The notes below the pieces were generated by a model. It ran no database searches. It had not been told where the DNA came from and was given only the letters and a program-made list of their open reading frames with translations. 64,000 nt of DNA, from IMG/VR virus record IMGVR_UViG_3300021400_000026. One strand, given 5' to 3'. The number at the start of each line of letters is the position of its first letter. The first letter of the stretch is position 1. Shown here in pieces: positions 1 to 8,611 of this stretch. The position numbers and the translations under genes were made by a program. The stretch comes from a virus.

Positions 1-577
1 CACGCAGTTGTAGTCCAAATCCTCGCACGAGATGTAAGGCCGTCGGGCTTCTGCCTGCTGCGGAGTGTAGCCCCAATCGTGCTGCATCTTGTGCAGTATG
101 GAGCAATAGCCAGCCAACGGCATTCGCCCGCTACCCGCTGCGCAGTCGGCAATGGTGATGCGATGTCCGAACGGGGTGGGCTGTCCTGTCGGCTCGTCCC
201 ATCCCGCTATGTTCACGTCGGCCACACATTGCGCCACGCTCGGAGGTGTGAAGAACTGACCCTTGCCACCGCCTCCGGCATGTATCGCCATATAGAGGTC
301 GCCAAACGGGTCGTACCACCTTCGCCGTGGTATCTCTTCCGAGTAGATGCGGAACACCGTCTGCATCATTTCGTGGAATGTCGGTGTGTCCTTGGGCTTG
401 AACTTCCAGCCCTCAATCGGTTCGGGAGTGAGCGACGGGTTCAGATAGCCGATGATGTAGTCAAGCAATCCCTCAAACACCGCGTCGGGTGTGTAGCCCG
501 TCTGTCCGCACATCTTCATCAGAATCTTGTGCAGCGGCATGATCGCCGCGTCGCCCGTCTTGTCTATCTTTGCCATA
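1..577 (-). CDS. N6-adenine DNA methyltransferase, N-terminal part (gene runs off the window start)
   Basis: Absent from the ORF track because no stop codon lies in the window. Reverse translation from the ATG at 575-577 gives MAKIDKTGDAAIMPLHKILMK...GGGKGQFFTPPSVAQCVADV...ITIADCAAGSGRM. GQFFTP and DxxxGSG are N6_Mtase (HsdM-like) signatures. Confidence 0.7.
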
Positions 578-603
578 GTTCTAATTAAGTGAAGAGTGAA
601 GAA

Positions 604-1428
604 TTACCACCGCTTGACAAGTTTGCCGATGGGTTCCATGCCCCAATGTAGGCGAATCTTGTCACGACGGATGGACTTGTTGCGTGTTGCCTGTGCCTTG
701 GCGACGCGTGCCTTTCGTGCTTCGGGCGTTTCTTCCGACACACGGCGACGGGCATTGTCCTCACGGCTCAGCAGATAGAGGTTGGAGAGGTCGCAGTTCT
801 GACGATTGCCGTCACGAAAGGCGACCACATAACCCTCGGGCACTTCGCCGTTGGCTTGCTCCCAGACGTAGCGGTGTTTCAGTACGCAACCGCTTTCGAC
901 GCGGAGATAGACGTACCCGTCACCATGCACGCACTCGGTGCCGATGTCTCGCTGATTGTGCGGTCGGTGTCCTGCCTTGAATCGGGTGCGGCTGCTCCGC
1001 TTGATGCCCTCTTCGCTCATGAACTCCTCGATGCGCTTGCCCTTGTTTGCTGGCGACTGGCCTTTGGCAAACTGATTAGCCTTTGCGCCCTCGGTCGATG
1101 CTACCAGGTGTCCCCATTGTGCAAGGAACTCGGGGCTTTTCTTCAGTCCCAACTTCGATGCCGTGCGCCATACGCTGCCGATGGTGTGCCGTACCTTCTT
1201 GGCGATGTCCTCTGCCTTCATGTCGGCATAGTGCTTTCGCAGGTAGGCGAGTTGTCGGTCAGTCCACGGCTCACGCTTATGCACCTTGCGCTGTATGCCG
1301 AGTATCTGGGCACGGCTTTTCAGTGCTGCCTTGCTCACTCCGATGCGCCCGGCCACCCAGTCGAGGTCACGCTTTGGGTAGTGCCTGCGAAGTAGGTTGT
1401 CACGTTCTTCGTTCCAAACTCGTTTCAT
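604..1428 (-). CDS. HNH endonuclease (HNH_3-type)
   Basis: ORF 604..1557 was trimmed to Met44 (MKRVWNEERD), so that its ATG overlaps the stop of the upstream ORF (ATGA at 1425-1428). The C-terminal segment GYVYLRV..KHRYVWEQANGEVPEGYVVAFRDGNRQNCDLSNLYLLSREDN is a phage HNH_3 core. Confidence 0.8.
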   Translation of the reverse strand: MKRVWNEERDNLLRRHYPKRDLDWVAGRIGVSKAALKSRAQILGIQRKVHKREPWTDRQLAYLRKHYADMKAEDIAKKVRHTIGSVWRTASKLGLKKSPEFLAQWGHLVASTEGAKANQFAKGQSPANKGKRIEEFMSEEGIKRSSRTRFKAGHRPHNQRDIGTECVHGDGYVYLRVESGCVLKHRYVWEQANGEVPEGYVVAFRDGNRQNCDLSNLYLLSREDNARRRVSEETPEARKARVAKAQATRNKSIRRDKIRLHWGMEPIGKLVKRW

Positions 1429-1652
1429 GCCTCCTTTGGTTTTATCTTGATAGTCGTTACCCTCTCGCATATCAGCGAAAAGTTCATCTTGCACATATTC
1501 CCGTCGGGGTCGCGCTCGATAATCATCTGCGTTTTCTCTTCCCAGAAGTATTCGCAATCATTCCGCAAGAATCTGCGAATGTCGGAAAGTATCACGTTCT
1601 TCGCTGCATCGGGTATTGCGTTCTTGTCAATCTTGATTACACTCTTCGCCAT
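1425..1652 (-). CDS. hypothetical small protein
   Basis: ORF 1425..1676. The preferred start is MAKSVIK at 1652 because it has the recurrent ACTATG context. No motif was recognised. Confidence 0.5.
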   Translation of the reverse strand: MAKSVIKIDKNAIPDAAKNVILSDIRRFLRNDCEYFWEEKTQMIIERDPDGNMCKMNFSLICERVTTIKIKPKEA

Positions 1653-2157
1653 AGTCGTAACGCTCTTTGAGGTCAATTCCTAATTCTTCAGCTTTCGCCT
1701 TCATCATTTCAATGTTCTTCCACGGGTTGCAATGGATTTCCTTGTGGCATTTGTGGCAAAGCATGACGATGTTCTCTCGCTTGTTTCGCAGTTCGGGGAA
1801 ACGTGCCCAGGGTAAGGCATGGTGCGCTTCCATATCCTTGTGGCTCTGAAACTCTGTACCACATATCGGACACTTATGCCCCTGCGCCTCCCATACTGCG
1901 TTGCGGTCTTCGTGATACGTCTTCCAACCGCCCGTATAAGGTCGGGTGTCTCGCTTCTTCAACCGCGCGTTGCTCACTGCGAAGAAAAGTCCAAAAGCGT
2001 GCCACCGCTTAATCCATTTCTTCGGTTTCTGCATCGAAAACGGCGGGTTGATGATTGTCACCTGCCCGCCGCTATGGTTCACCAACTCGCCAATCACCGC
2101 AATGGGTGTGTGGTAGGTCGGCTCTCCCGTTCGTCTGAATAATTCGTTTAATGTCAT
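1627..2157 (-). CDS. HNH endonuclease
   Basis: CPICGTEF..EAHHALPW..NIVMLCHKCHKEIH matches the CxxC..HH..CxxC-H HNH nuclease motif. The start has the AAGGAACTATG leader. Confidence 0.8.
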   Translation of the reverse strand: MTLNELFRRTGEPTYHTPIAVIGELVNHSGGQVTIINPPFSMQKPKKWIKRWHAFGLFFAVSNARLKKRDTRPYTGGWKTYHEDRNAVWEAQGHKCPICGTEFQSHKDMEAHHALPWARFPELRNKRENIVMLCHKCHKEIHCNPWKNIEMMKAKAEELGIDLKERYDYGEECNQD

Positions 2158-2584
2158 AGTTCCTTAATAATTCGTTGTTTTTTGCCCTTAGGCTTACGCC
2201 GCTTCCCGTTTGTCGGGAACGCTCAAATGTTCTGTTCGTCTGTCATTTGTTCTTTGATTTTAATATGATTCGTTGTTTTCTTTGCCCTTAGGCTTCCCCA
2301 AGCTCCGTAGGTGTTGGCTTTGCCCACCTCTGTCACGACTCGGCCATGTCTGAGCAAGCTCACATGGCTCTCGCTGCTCCATCGGTTCAGTCGAGCGGAG
2401 CTCGGAGTCCGCCGCTTCCCGTTTGGCGGGAAGGTTTAGCTCGACGGCCCGCGCTCGGCATCCCGAAGGGTGACGCTTGCTACCAACGGGACGCAAGAAG
2501 GGGAAAGTCAATGCTCAAATGTTCTGTTCGTCTGTCATAATTCGTGTAATTTCGTTAAGTGAAGAGGGAAGAGTGAAGAATTTG
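2158..2584 (-). repeat. Non-coding region with a nested duplication: leader + 7-codon mini-ORF (MTDEQNI) + hairpin + GCCTAAGGGC box, present twice
   Basis: Three segments are duplicated: 2171-2200 ~ 2269-2298, 2199-2220 ~ 2411-2433, and 2221-2246 = 2513-2538. The second copy carries insertions of 112 nt (2299-2410, ends AGCTCCG/CGGAGCT) and 79 nt (2434-2512). The mini-ORFs lie at 2223-2246 and 2515-2538. Confidence 0.6.
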
Positions 2585-3166
2585 CTACCAACCTTTGATG
2601 TCGTACAACATTTCGAGCGCATTGTCTATTCGGCTAATGCTACCACCACCTACGGAGCGGTACTTTCTGAAATTACGACGACCAATTCGCAGCAGGTCTC
2701 CCACGGTCTTGATGTCGTTGCTCTCGAATATCTTTCCGAGCCTTACACCATAGCCTGGATCGTAGCCATCATATCCGACGTGGGATAGAATGACGCCTAC
2801 GGGTGCGCTGTCAACATTATCAGGCCACCATCGGTCGGGGTCTTCCTTTGGTTCCAACTGCGCAACACGTTCTTTCAGTTCGTCGCGTTCCTGCTCAATC
2901 TTCAAGTATTCGTCACGCATCTTGTTGCCCCACTCCCTTTGTTCGTCGAGCGATTTCATCAGCCGTTGGATTTCCGAACCTTCATCCTTCCACGATGTCG
3001 GCTGTGCGTCGTTGGTGTAGATGATACCCTCCACGTCCTCGATGTGGAAAAACACGCCTTTATCACCATAGACATTCACCACAGCCTTCTCTCTGTCGTG
3101 CTCAACCATTGTGACCGCCTTGTCGTTGATGAAGCGGTCACCGTTCTTTGTCTTTACGATAATCAT
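2585..3166 (-). CDS. protein with C-terminal RNA polymerase alpha-CTD-like helix-hairpin-helix domain
   Basis: Trimmed to MIIVKTKNG (the ATG at 3166 follows the stop of the upstream ORF). The C-terminus VRLGKIFESNDIKTVGDLLRIGRRNFRKYRSVGGGSISRIDNALEMLYDI follows the alpha-CTD pattern (..I.TVGDL......L.....G.KS..EI...L). Confidence 0.55.
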   Translation of the reverse strand: MIIVKTKNGDRFINDKAVTMVEHDREKAVVNVYGDKGVFFHIEDVEGIIYTNDAQPTSWKDEGSEIQRLMKSLDEQREWGNKMRDEYLKIEQERDELKERVAQLEPKEDPDRWWPDNVDSAPVGVILSHVGYDGYDPGYGVRLGKIFESNDIKTVGDLLRIGRRNFRKYRSVGGGSISRIDNALEMLYDIKGW

Positions 3167-3179
3167 AGTTTCTTGATTT

Positions 3180-3533
3180 TTAATAGTCCTCGTTATGACT
3201 GCCGTCCTCGTTGTAACTGTCTTCAAAACCTGAAGCACTGAATGGTCGGTAGGTCAGTTCCAGTTGTCCGTCGTTGAATGCCTCGGCAAACATGTGGTAC
3301 TTCCCGCATCCGTTGTATTCGGGGTCTGCCTTGTGCTTGTCGTATGCCTCGGTCAGAATCTCGCGTGACACGGCGATGATTTCATCCACCGAAGGCGTGT
3401 GGCGTTCACCTTCACCTTTCAGTCCGTACCACTTAACGCCCATCAATACCATGATGGCTTGCACTTTCTCAAAGTCGAAGTCGCAAAGGATGTCATTAAC
3501 CATTGCGTCTCTTTTCCTGTTGTCTTCGTTCAT
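3180..3533 (-). CDS. hypothetical protein
   Basis: ORF-track ORF with ATG in the CAAGCAACTATG context. No motif was recognised. Confidence 0.6.
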   Translation of the reverse strand: MNEDNRKRDAMVNDILCDFDFEKVQAIMVLMGVKWYGLKGEGERHTPSVDEIIAVSREILTEAYDKHKADPEYNGCGKYHMFAEAFNDGQLELTYRPFSASGFEDSYNEDGSHNEDY

Positions 3534-3583
3534 AGTTGCTTGAAATTTGTGTCAATTCGTGATAATTCGTGTTAAGAATCAGA

Positions 3584-3617
3584 AATCGGCGGCAAAAACC
3601 GTTGCCTGTCGCCGATT
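3584..3617 (-). terminator. hairpin downstream of CDS 3628..4209
   Basis: AATCGGCG (3584-3591) pairs with CGCCGATT (3610-3617), with an inner GGCAA/TTGCC stem. The following tract on the minus strand is T-rich. Confidence 0.45.
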
Positions 3618-3627
3618 CCGTTAGAGT

Positions 3628-4209
3628 TCACTCAGCCGTTTCGGTGTCCGGCTCCTCGATGTCGATTTTGAGGTTCGCTTCCTTTGCCTCGATGCGGAGC
3701 CGCTGCGTCAGCACGTCCAGATAGTCGTGCATCGCCTGGTGCTGACGCGAGAGCAGCGTGCGCTTGTTCTCCGGCAGGTCCCTGAACGTGTCCGTCATCA
3801 GGAAGTCCGTCAGCCGCTCATACCTGCCGCGCAACTCGTCGTACTCCTCGGCCATGCGCTTCACGCGCTTCTCCTCGTCCGTCAGTTCCTCTTCGGGAGC
3901 GTCGCCCGCGTCCCCGTCCTCACCGTGTCCGAGGGTGATGGTGCCATTGCCGTCCTTGACGGTCAGCGTCGCCGGCACGCCCTTGGTCAGCTGCTCCAGC
4001 AGTCCGATGACCGCCTTGCCCGTCATGTCCGCCAAGCGTCCCAACTGCCCCACACGATAGAGCGCGTAGGCCATCAGCGCGTCGGAGCTCGCCATCAGCA
4101 CGTCTGCGATGCCGCCGAGCACGTCGCCCAGACAAAAGTTAATCACTGCGACCGTGTACATCGCCACGGCCAAAACCGAAAGAAGAATAATCACTGTCTT
4201 GTTCTTCAT
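3628..4209 (-). CDS. membrane-anchored protein with helical C-terminal domain
   Basis: The N-terminus KNKTVIILLSVLAVAMYTVAVINFCLG is a transmembrane segment. The acidic, helical C-terminus (EEKRVKRMAEEYDELRGRYERLTDFL..LLSRQHQAMHDYLDVLTQRL) loosely recalls small crAss-type phage proteins. Confidence 0.5.
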   Translation of the reverse strand: MKNKTVIILLSVLAVAMYTVAVINFCLGDVLGGIADVLMASSDALMAYALYRVGQLGRLADMTGKAVIGLLEQLTKGVPATLTVKDGNGTITLGHGEDGDAGDAPEEELTDEEKRVKRMAEEYDELRGRYERLTDFLMTDTFRDLPENKRTLLSRQHQAMHDYLDVLTQRLRIEAKEANLKIDIEEPDTETAE

Positions 4210-4265
4210 CTTGCTTGTTGTTTTTTTGATTGTTGAAAAATAAATGGTTACTTAAAGTTGAGAGT

Positions 4266-4325
4266 TAGTAGGGATTCTCTCAGAAGATACCCTACTAAGT
4301 GCGACCCTCTTAGTAGGGTAAGTTT
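4266..4325 (+). repeat. ~60-nt element with hairpin TAGTAGGG-N16-CCCTACTA; an inverted copy lies at 43767..43825
   Basis: The plus strand of 4266-4325 aligns to the reverse complement of 43767-43825. The shared sequence is TAGGGATTCTnnCnGAAGATACCCTACTAAG....GGTAAGTTT. Confidence 0.6.
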
Positions 4326-4400
4326 CGTCGTCTCGTTTCCCACGCTTTCAGAGCCTTGTCGCTTGCCGCCTTGCGGTTGCGCTGATACCACAGCCCTTGC

Positions 4401-5021
4401 TTAATCGTTGCCATAAGGTTTCGTCATGCATCGGTCACTTCGATTGCTTCCATACATATCAACAACTACAGCGTACTCTGCTTCGGTGTATGTCTTTACC
4501 TTTGTGCCGTCACGCATGACAAGCGTTGCCTCTTCCTCTTTGTGCCACATGATACGCACAACTTCGTCGAGGTTAATGGTCTGACCTGCCACGTTGAAGA
4601 AATGAGTGCGTGCGATGGTGGTCAGCAGGCTTGCTTCTTTTTGCGCATTCTGTCTGCGCTTACTCCAATAGTCGCTTTCCGATTTGTCGTTAGCATGACA
4701 GCCAAGATAATCCTCGCGCTTGAAGTTAAAATCGTCAGTCGCATCGATGCGGTCGAGTTCTTTGATGAGTGCCATGCAAGTCTTCATCTTCTCGCGTGTC
4801 TCGTCATACTTGCGCTGTTGCGCTTCCTTTGCATCAGCTTCGGTGTTGTAGAACGTCTCGCCCTCATAGACGTGCATCCAATCATCGTCTTCGTCACAGG
4901 TGCCGTCCTCGTTGCAATACTGATAGCATACTACTTGCTTCTTCTCCATGTCGAAGAGAGCAACAATCTGTTTCACGCTCAGGCTGCTTTCCATCAGCCA
5001 CATTGTTCTTTTCTCAATCAT
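4401..5021 (-). CDS. hypothetical protein
   Basis: ORF-track ORF whose ATG at 5021 is preceded by AAAATCAAGGAACT. No motif was recognised. Confidence 0.6.
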   Translation of the reverse strand: MIEKRTMWLMESSLSVKQIVALFDMEKKQVVCYQYCNEDGTCDEDDDWMHVYEGETFYNTEADAKEAQQRKYDETREKMKTCMALIKELDRIDATDDFNFKREDYLGCHANDKSESDYWSKRRQNAQKEASLLTTIARTHFFNVAGQTINLDEVVRIMWHKEEEATLVMRDGTKVKTYTEAEYAVVVDMYGSNRSDRCMTKPYGND

Positions 5022-5160
5022 AGTTCCTTGATTTTAATTTGTGAATAATTCGTTTAATTCGTTTAATTAATCCCGCTGTCGCGGTCTTGACTTTGCTCAC
5101 GCTCGGCAATGCTCAAACACGTTTGGCATTGCTCTCGCTTACTCGCAAAGTTCGTAGTCA

Positions 5161-5529
5161 TTACTTGATTCTCTCTATTTCCTCCGCTGCCGCCTTTGAG
5201 ATACCCATCATCGGGAAGTGGCGGGCGACGTAGTTCTCAATCTGTGCGCCGCGTGACGCTCGCCAGCCGGGGAGCATCGCGATGCCGTCGGCACGGGTCA
5301 TCAGCAGCAGAAGATCATAACAGAGCACCGCAGCATACGCCAGCCGCTTGCCCAGCACACACTCCATCGCCCTGTATATCCACGGCCACCGACAGGCCCA
5401 CACCCTACAGGGGTTGATGCACCAGTACCCGTGCCGCCGCAAAATCCTCTCCGCCTCCCCGAACCGCCGCACATAGTCAGCCCGCTCCACCCCGGACATC
5501 CCGCCCGACAAATAGATTCGCCTTTTCAT
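5161..5529 (-). CDS. DUF4406 / nucleoside 2-deoxyribosyltransferase-like protein
   Basis: MKRRIYLSGGMSG...NP....LLLLMTRADGIAMLPGWRASRGAQIENYVA follows the DUF4406 pattern (IYLSGPMSG ... cDai.mL.gW..S.GA..E). Confidence 0.6.
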   Translation of the reverse strand: MKRRIYLSGGMSGVERADYVRRFGEAERILRRHGYWCINPCRVWACRWPWIYRAMECVLGKRLAYAAVLCYDLLLLMTRADGIAMLPGWRASRGAQIENYVARHFPMMGISKAAAEEIERIK

Positions 5530-5532
5530 ACG

Positions 5533-5958
5533 TCAATAAGGATTATTTTGTTTGCCTTTCTTCATGCGCTCCTTTTCATCCCGGATAGCGTCGTTCAGCG
5601 TTGCCTTCAGCTCACGCAGATGCTTGAAGGTCTCGGCAGGTGTTCGCGGACATCCCCGGACGAATGACCGCAAGTTCGGCGTGTCAAAGCCAAACTCCGA
5701 AGCGTCGCAGATGTACTGCTGCCACTCCTCGTACTGCTCACGGGTCACGTCAGCCAACACGCAGTAGATGATGTCGTCCATGTTGATGGTGAACATCCCG
5801 TCGCCATAGTCGTACACGCCTCCCGTCTCGTCGCCTATCCAATAGCCGTAGTGAGCATCCAGTTCCCACATGCGCAGCAGCTCCACGAGGAAGCCGTTGC
5901 ACGCCTGCTCCCATTGCTCTTTCAGTAGTCGCTTAATAGCGTCTTTTGTCTTTTTCAT
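5533..5958 (-). CDS. hypothetical protein
   Basis: ORF-track ORF with the leader TTAACGAATTATG. Confidence 0.6.
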   Translation of the reverse strand: MKKTKDAIKRLLKEQWEQACNGFLVELLRMWELDAHYGYWIGDETGGVYDYGDGMFTINMDDIIYCVLADVTREQYEEWQQYICDASEFGFDTPNLRSFVRGCPRTPAETFKHLRELKATLNDAIRDEKERMKKGKQNNPY

Positions 5959-6057
5959 AATTCGTTAAGTTAAAAATGAAGAGTGAAGAATTAACGAAAA
6001 GAGCAACCGCCCGTCGTTGGGTGATTGCTCTTTTCGTGATGTGTGATGTGTGATGTC

Positions 6058-6306
6058 TTATGTCAGACGTTTCAGCGGTGCAAGGTCTTGCAAGGCTGGG
6101 TCGATGATGTCAACCGTCATTCCGAGGGCTTCGGCGATGGCTTGCAGCGTCTCGATGTTCACGGCATACTTGCCGCCCTCGATGCGCCCGATGTGGGTAC
6201 GTTGCAATCCGGCACGCTGTGCCAACTCGTCTTGCGACAGGTCAGCCATGAGGCGCAGGGCTTTCACTCGCTGGCCGATTCTTGTACGGGTTTCTTCTTT
6301 GTTCAT
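6058..6306 (-). CDS. XRE-family helix-turn-helix regulator (paralog 1 of 3)
   Basis: IGQRVKALRLMADLSQDELAQRAGLQRTHIGRIEGG is an HTH_3 motif. The C-terminal AEALGMTVDIIDPALQDLAPLKRLT is shared with 54557..54970 and 58920..59192. Confidence 0.85.
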   Translation of the reverse strand: MNKEETRTRIGQRVKALRLMADLSQDELAQRAGLQRTHIGRIEGGKYAVNIETLQAIAEALGMTVDIIDPALQDLAPLKRLT

Positions 6307-6494
6307 AGTTCTTTGAATATGTAAAAATACAAAATGTTCCCAAGTACGAATATAGTTATGATTACACCAACAATGACAAATATTACAGCAACCACCTTTT
6401 TGTCTTTGACACTACAAATAAGTGCGGAAACCATCGATCCGACCATTATATACATAAGGCATATATCTGCCATTAACCACTCTCTTATAGTCAT
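6303..6494 (-). CDS. small membrane protein
   Basis: 63 aa with two hydrophobic segments. Its stop overlaps the start of the downstream gene. Confidence 0.5.
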   Translation of the reverse strand: MTIREWLMADICLMYIMVGSMVSALICSVKDKKVVAVIFVIVGVIITIFVLGNILYFYIFKEL

Positions 6495-6718
6495 TGCCTT
6501 TCGTCTAATAATGTTTGTATTATTGCCCGTTCCTGGGCGTAGATGTCAAGTTTGCGACTGACGCGAGGTGACATCTTGAAGCCGTTGAACTCTCGCGTCC
6601 TCAGTACCGAGGCTTTCTTCTCGATGGCCTCCAGTTCCTTCTCCAGTTGCCGCGTCGATTTCTTGCTCATCATCGTGCGGAAGTTGTCGAAGTCCGATGG
6701 GTGATTATACCTTTCCAT
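6491..6718 (-). CDS. hypothetical protein
   Basis: ORF-track ORF in the tightly packed minus-strand operon. Confidence 0.5.
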   Translation of the reverse strand: MERYNHPSDFDNFRTMMSKKSTRQLEKELEAIEKKASVLRTREFNGFKMSPRVSRKLDIYAQERAIIQTLLDERQ

Positions 6719-6893
6719 TTGGCGGATATTGTTTGTCGATTTTCTCTTTCAGTTCTCCGAACACCTGTGCAACCATCCGTATCTCGTCTTCGTTGCAAGC
6801 GGCTGGCTCACCTTTCCTGAGCAGTCCCCAATAAGCGTTGCCATTCATGTCGCCGCCTATCGTAATCTTATAGTCTTGATTAAATTTTGCCAT
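6705..6893 (-). CDS. hypothetical protein
   Basis: ORF 6705..6926 was trimmed to MAKFNQDYK (ATG at 6893), 3 nt after the upstream stop. Confidence 0.5.
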   Translation of the reverse strand: MAKFNQDYKITIGGDMNGNAYWGLLRKGEPAACNEDEIRMVAQVFGELKEKIDKQYPPNGKV

Positions 6894-6895
6894 GA

Positions 6896-7165
6896 TTAAC
6901 CATCCTTGAATAATTTGTCGTAACACTCTGCGCAGAAGTCATTGCCCTCGCTGTCGGTGCAGAAGTCTTCCACGTCTCTGATCACCTTTTTGCACTGGGT
7001 GCAAATACTGATGGCCTTATCCATCCGTTTCACCCACCTGATAGCAGCGTCCCAGCCTTGCCACCATACCGCTATCGGTATGGCGTGAAGCCTGCGTTTA
7101 GCCTGACACCCTATGCGGTATCTGGCTTGCCGCTCAAATCTCTCGTCTATCTCGTTGATGTTCAT
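6896..7165 (-). CDS. zinc-ribbon protein
   Basis: Trimmed to MNINEIDERF. The C-terminal CTQCKKV...FCAECYDKL provides CxxC..CxxC. Confidence 0.5.
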   Translation of the reverse strand: MNINEIDERFERQARYRIGCQAKRRLHAIPIAVWWQGWDAAIRWVKRMDKAISICTQCKKVIRDVEDFCTDSEGNDFCAECYDKLFKDG

Positions 7166-7238
7166 AATATCAAATGATTGTGGGAGGGTTTTTGCTTTGG
7201 CAAGCGGCCAAGGCCGAGCGGCCCCTCCCGTGTTAGTC

Positions 7239-7445
7239 TTAATTGATGCTGTACTCCTCAACCTTGAATGACTTCCAATCGGTATTGCGTACATGCTCAA
7301 CGAATTGCTCTCTTGTCATTGGCTCAGGCTTTGAAAATGTACGAGTCTCAACATTGTAGCGTGGAGACATGTAACTTCTGCTATCAGAAATAATCTCACC
7401 TTCAAAACCCTTCTCTGTTGCGATTGCCTTAAAAAAAGTCTTCAT
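7239..7445 (-). CDS. hypothetical protein (first gene after promoter 7509..7540)
   Basis: ORF-track ORF about 60 nt downstream of a consensus promoter. Confidence 0.55.
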   Translation of the reverse strand: MKTFFKAIATEKGFEGEIISDSRSYMSPRYNVETRTFSKPEPMTREQFVEHVRNTDWKSFKVEEYSIN

Positions 7446-7508
7446 AATCTTGTGCCGCTTATAGGTTGCCGCCCTGTTCTAAATTGTTATTGTTTTAATT
7501 TCTTGATG

Positions 7509-7540
7509 CAAAGATACGATATTATTTTGAATTGTGCAAA
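7509..7540 (-). promoter_or_regulatory. Bacteroidetes sigma-A type promoter (TTTG-N20-TATCTTTG)
   Basis: On the minus strand, TATCTTTG lies at 7509-7516 and TTTG at 7537-7540 with a 20-nt spacer. This matches the published TTTG / TAnnTTTG consensus, and the site sits in a 180-nt AT-rich intergenic gap. Confidence 0.65.
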
Positions 7541-7627
7541 CATTTAGGCGTTTTTCTTTATTTTTGCCTAACTTTTTATACTTTATTTAAACTTTTAACC
7601 ACGTTTTCTTTGTTTTCTGCCATAACA

Positions 7628-8026
7628 TTAAAACAGTTTTTGGTCTTGTGCTTTCAATGCACCGACGATATAATTCACATTTTCTAACATCTGGAGCTTA
7701 TAGTCCGACCTGTTAAGCATGGCAATGAAGATGTCGCCACGCAACTTGCGCCAGTATTCACGCTCAGCAATCTTGGCGCGATGGTCATCCTGTTCCTTTA
7801 CGTCGAAGGTCTTCATGATGTCGGTCAGCGACTTCATCTGTTCGCTCTCTCCCATCATTGGGATAGCAGGCGGCAAAGCGTCACTCAGGTCGAGCCTCTC
7901 GATGTGGTACTTATTACCATTGATGTCAACGAAGAAAGGCGAACCTTTCTGGTCGTGCGTCACCATTACTCTCTCTCCCGTCTCATGCAAAATAGCATTG
8001 AGGAATGTTTTCTGTTTTCCTTCCAT
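7628..8026 (-). CDS. hypothetical protein
   Basis: ORF-track ORF with the leader TTAACGAATTATG. Confidence 0.6.
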   Translation of the reverse strand: MEGKQKTFLNAILHETGERVMVTHDQKGSPFFVDINGNKYHIERLDLSDALPPAIPMMGESEQMKSLTDIMKTFDVKEQDDHRAKIAEREYWRKLRGDIFIAMLNRSDYKLQMLENVNYIVGALKAQDQKLF

Positions 8027-8070
8027 AATTCGTTAAATTTGTTGTTTTATAAAAATTCATTTCAATTCGT

Positions 8071-8391
8071 TTAGCCTTCCCTCCACGCTTTTATGAATAT
8101 GTCGAAGTCATTACCGTCTATCCATATCATTTCATTGAGTTTCTGCTGATACTCGAACATAATGCCGAATACGACATCTTTTGTATTACTCTCTGTAATG
8201 AGGTCTGTCACGCACACCACCTTAGAAGTATCTACCCACAGCGGCATGTTGTCGGGCTGTTGTGATACATATTCCTTCAACCCTTTGCCCACGAGAGCCT
8301 TTGCTAACATACCCTCAATACCTTCTGCATTGTCCATCGCCTCGGCGACCTTTGCCGAGAATGTCCTTCGTGTAACTTTAATTTTTGCCAT
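8071..8391 (-). CDS. hypothetical protein, paralog of 60384..60704
   Basis: MAKIKVTRRTFSAKVAEAMDNAEGIEGM..VFGIMFEYQ..WIDGNDFDIFIKAW aligns end to end with the 60-kb copy. Confidence 0.65.
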   Translation of the reverse strand: MAKIKVTRRTFSAKVAEAMDNAEGIEGMLAKALVGKGLKEYVSQQPDNMPLWVDTSKVVCVTDLITESNTKDVVFGIMFEYQQKLNEMIWIDGNDFDIFIKAWREG

Positions 8392-8530
8392 AGTTCCTTG
8401 ATTTTAATAAATTCCTTTCAATTTCTTTCAATTTCTTAAAACATTGGAAAGAATGGGAAATCTTGGGGGAATTTCCCATTTCCATTTCTCAATTCGTTTA
8501 GACGTTTAATCCGTGTAATCCGTGGTTTAT

Positions 8531-8569
8531 AAAAAATGGAGGGGGCACCCCTTATCAGATACACCCTCC
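8531..8569 (-). terminator. intrinsic terminator after terL
   Basis: Minus strand reads GGAGGG-N20-CCCTCC followed by ATTTTTT. Confidence 0.65.
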
Positions 8570-8611
8570 GCTCCTACATCTCAGACACGGATAAGCGTGT
8601 AATTCGTTCAA

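Noticed and set aside
79-588. 169-aa plus-strand ORF at the window start
   Set aside because: It is antisense to the methyltransferase reading frame, which carries clear GQFFTP and DCAAGSG motifs. The plus ORF has a junk-like composition.
5066-5161. 31-aa ORF (MTTNFASKREQCQTCLSIAEREQSQDRDSGIN) coupled to the stop of 5161..5529
   Set aside because: The start is coupled (TAATG), but the ORF mostly covers a 7-bp inverted repeat and junction sequence that is shared with other intergenic regions. The evidence is too weak to call a gene.
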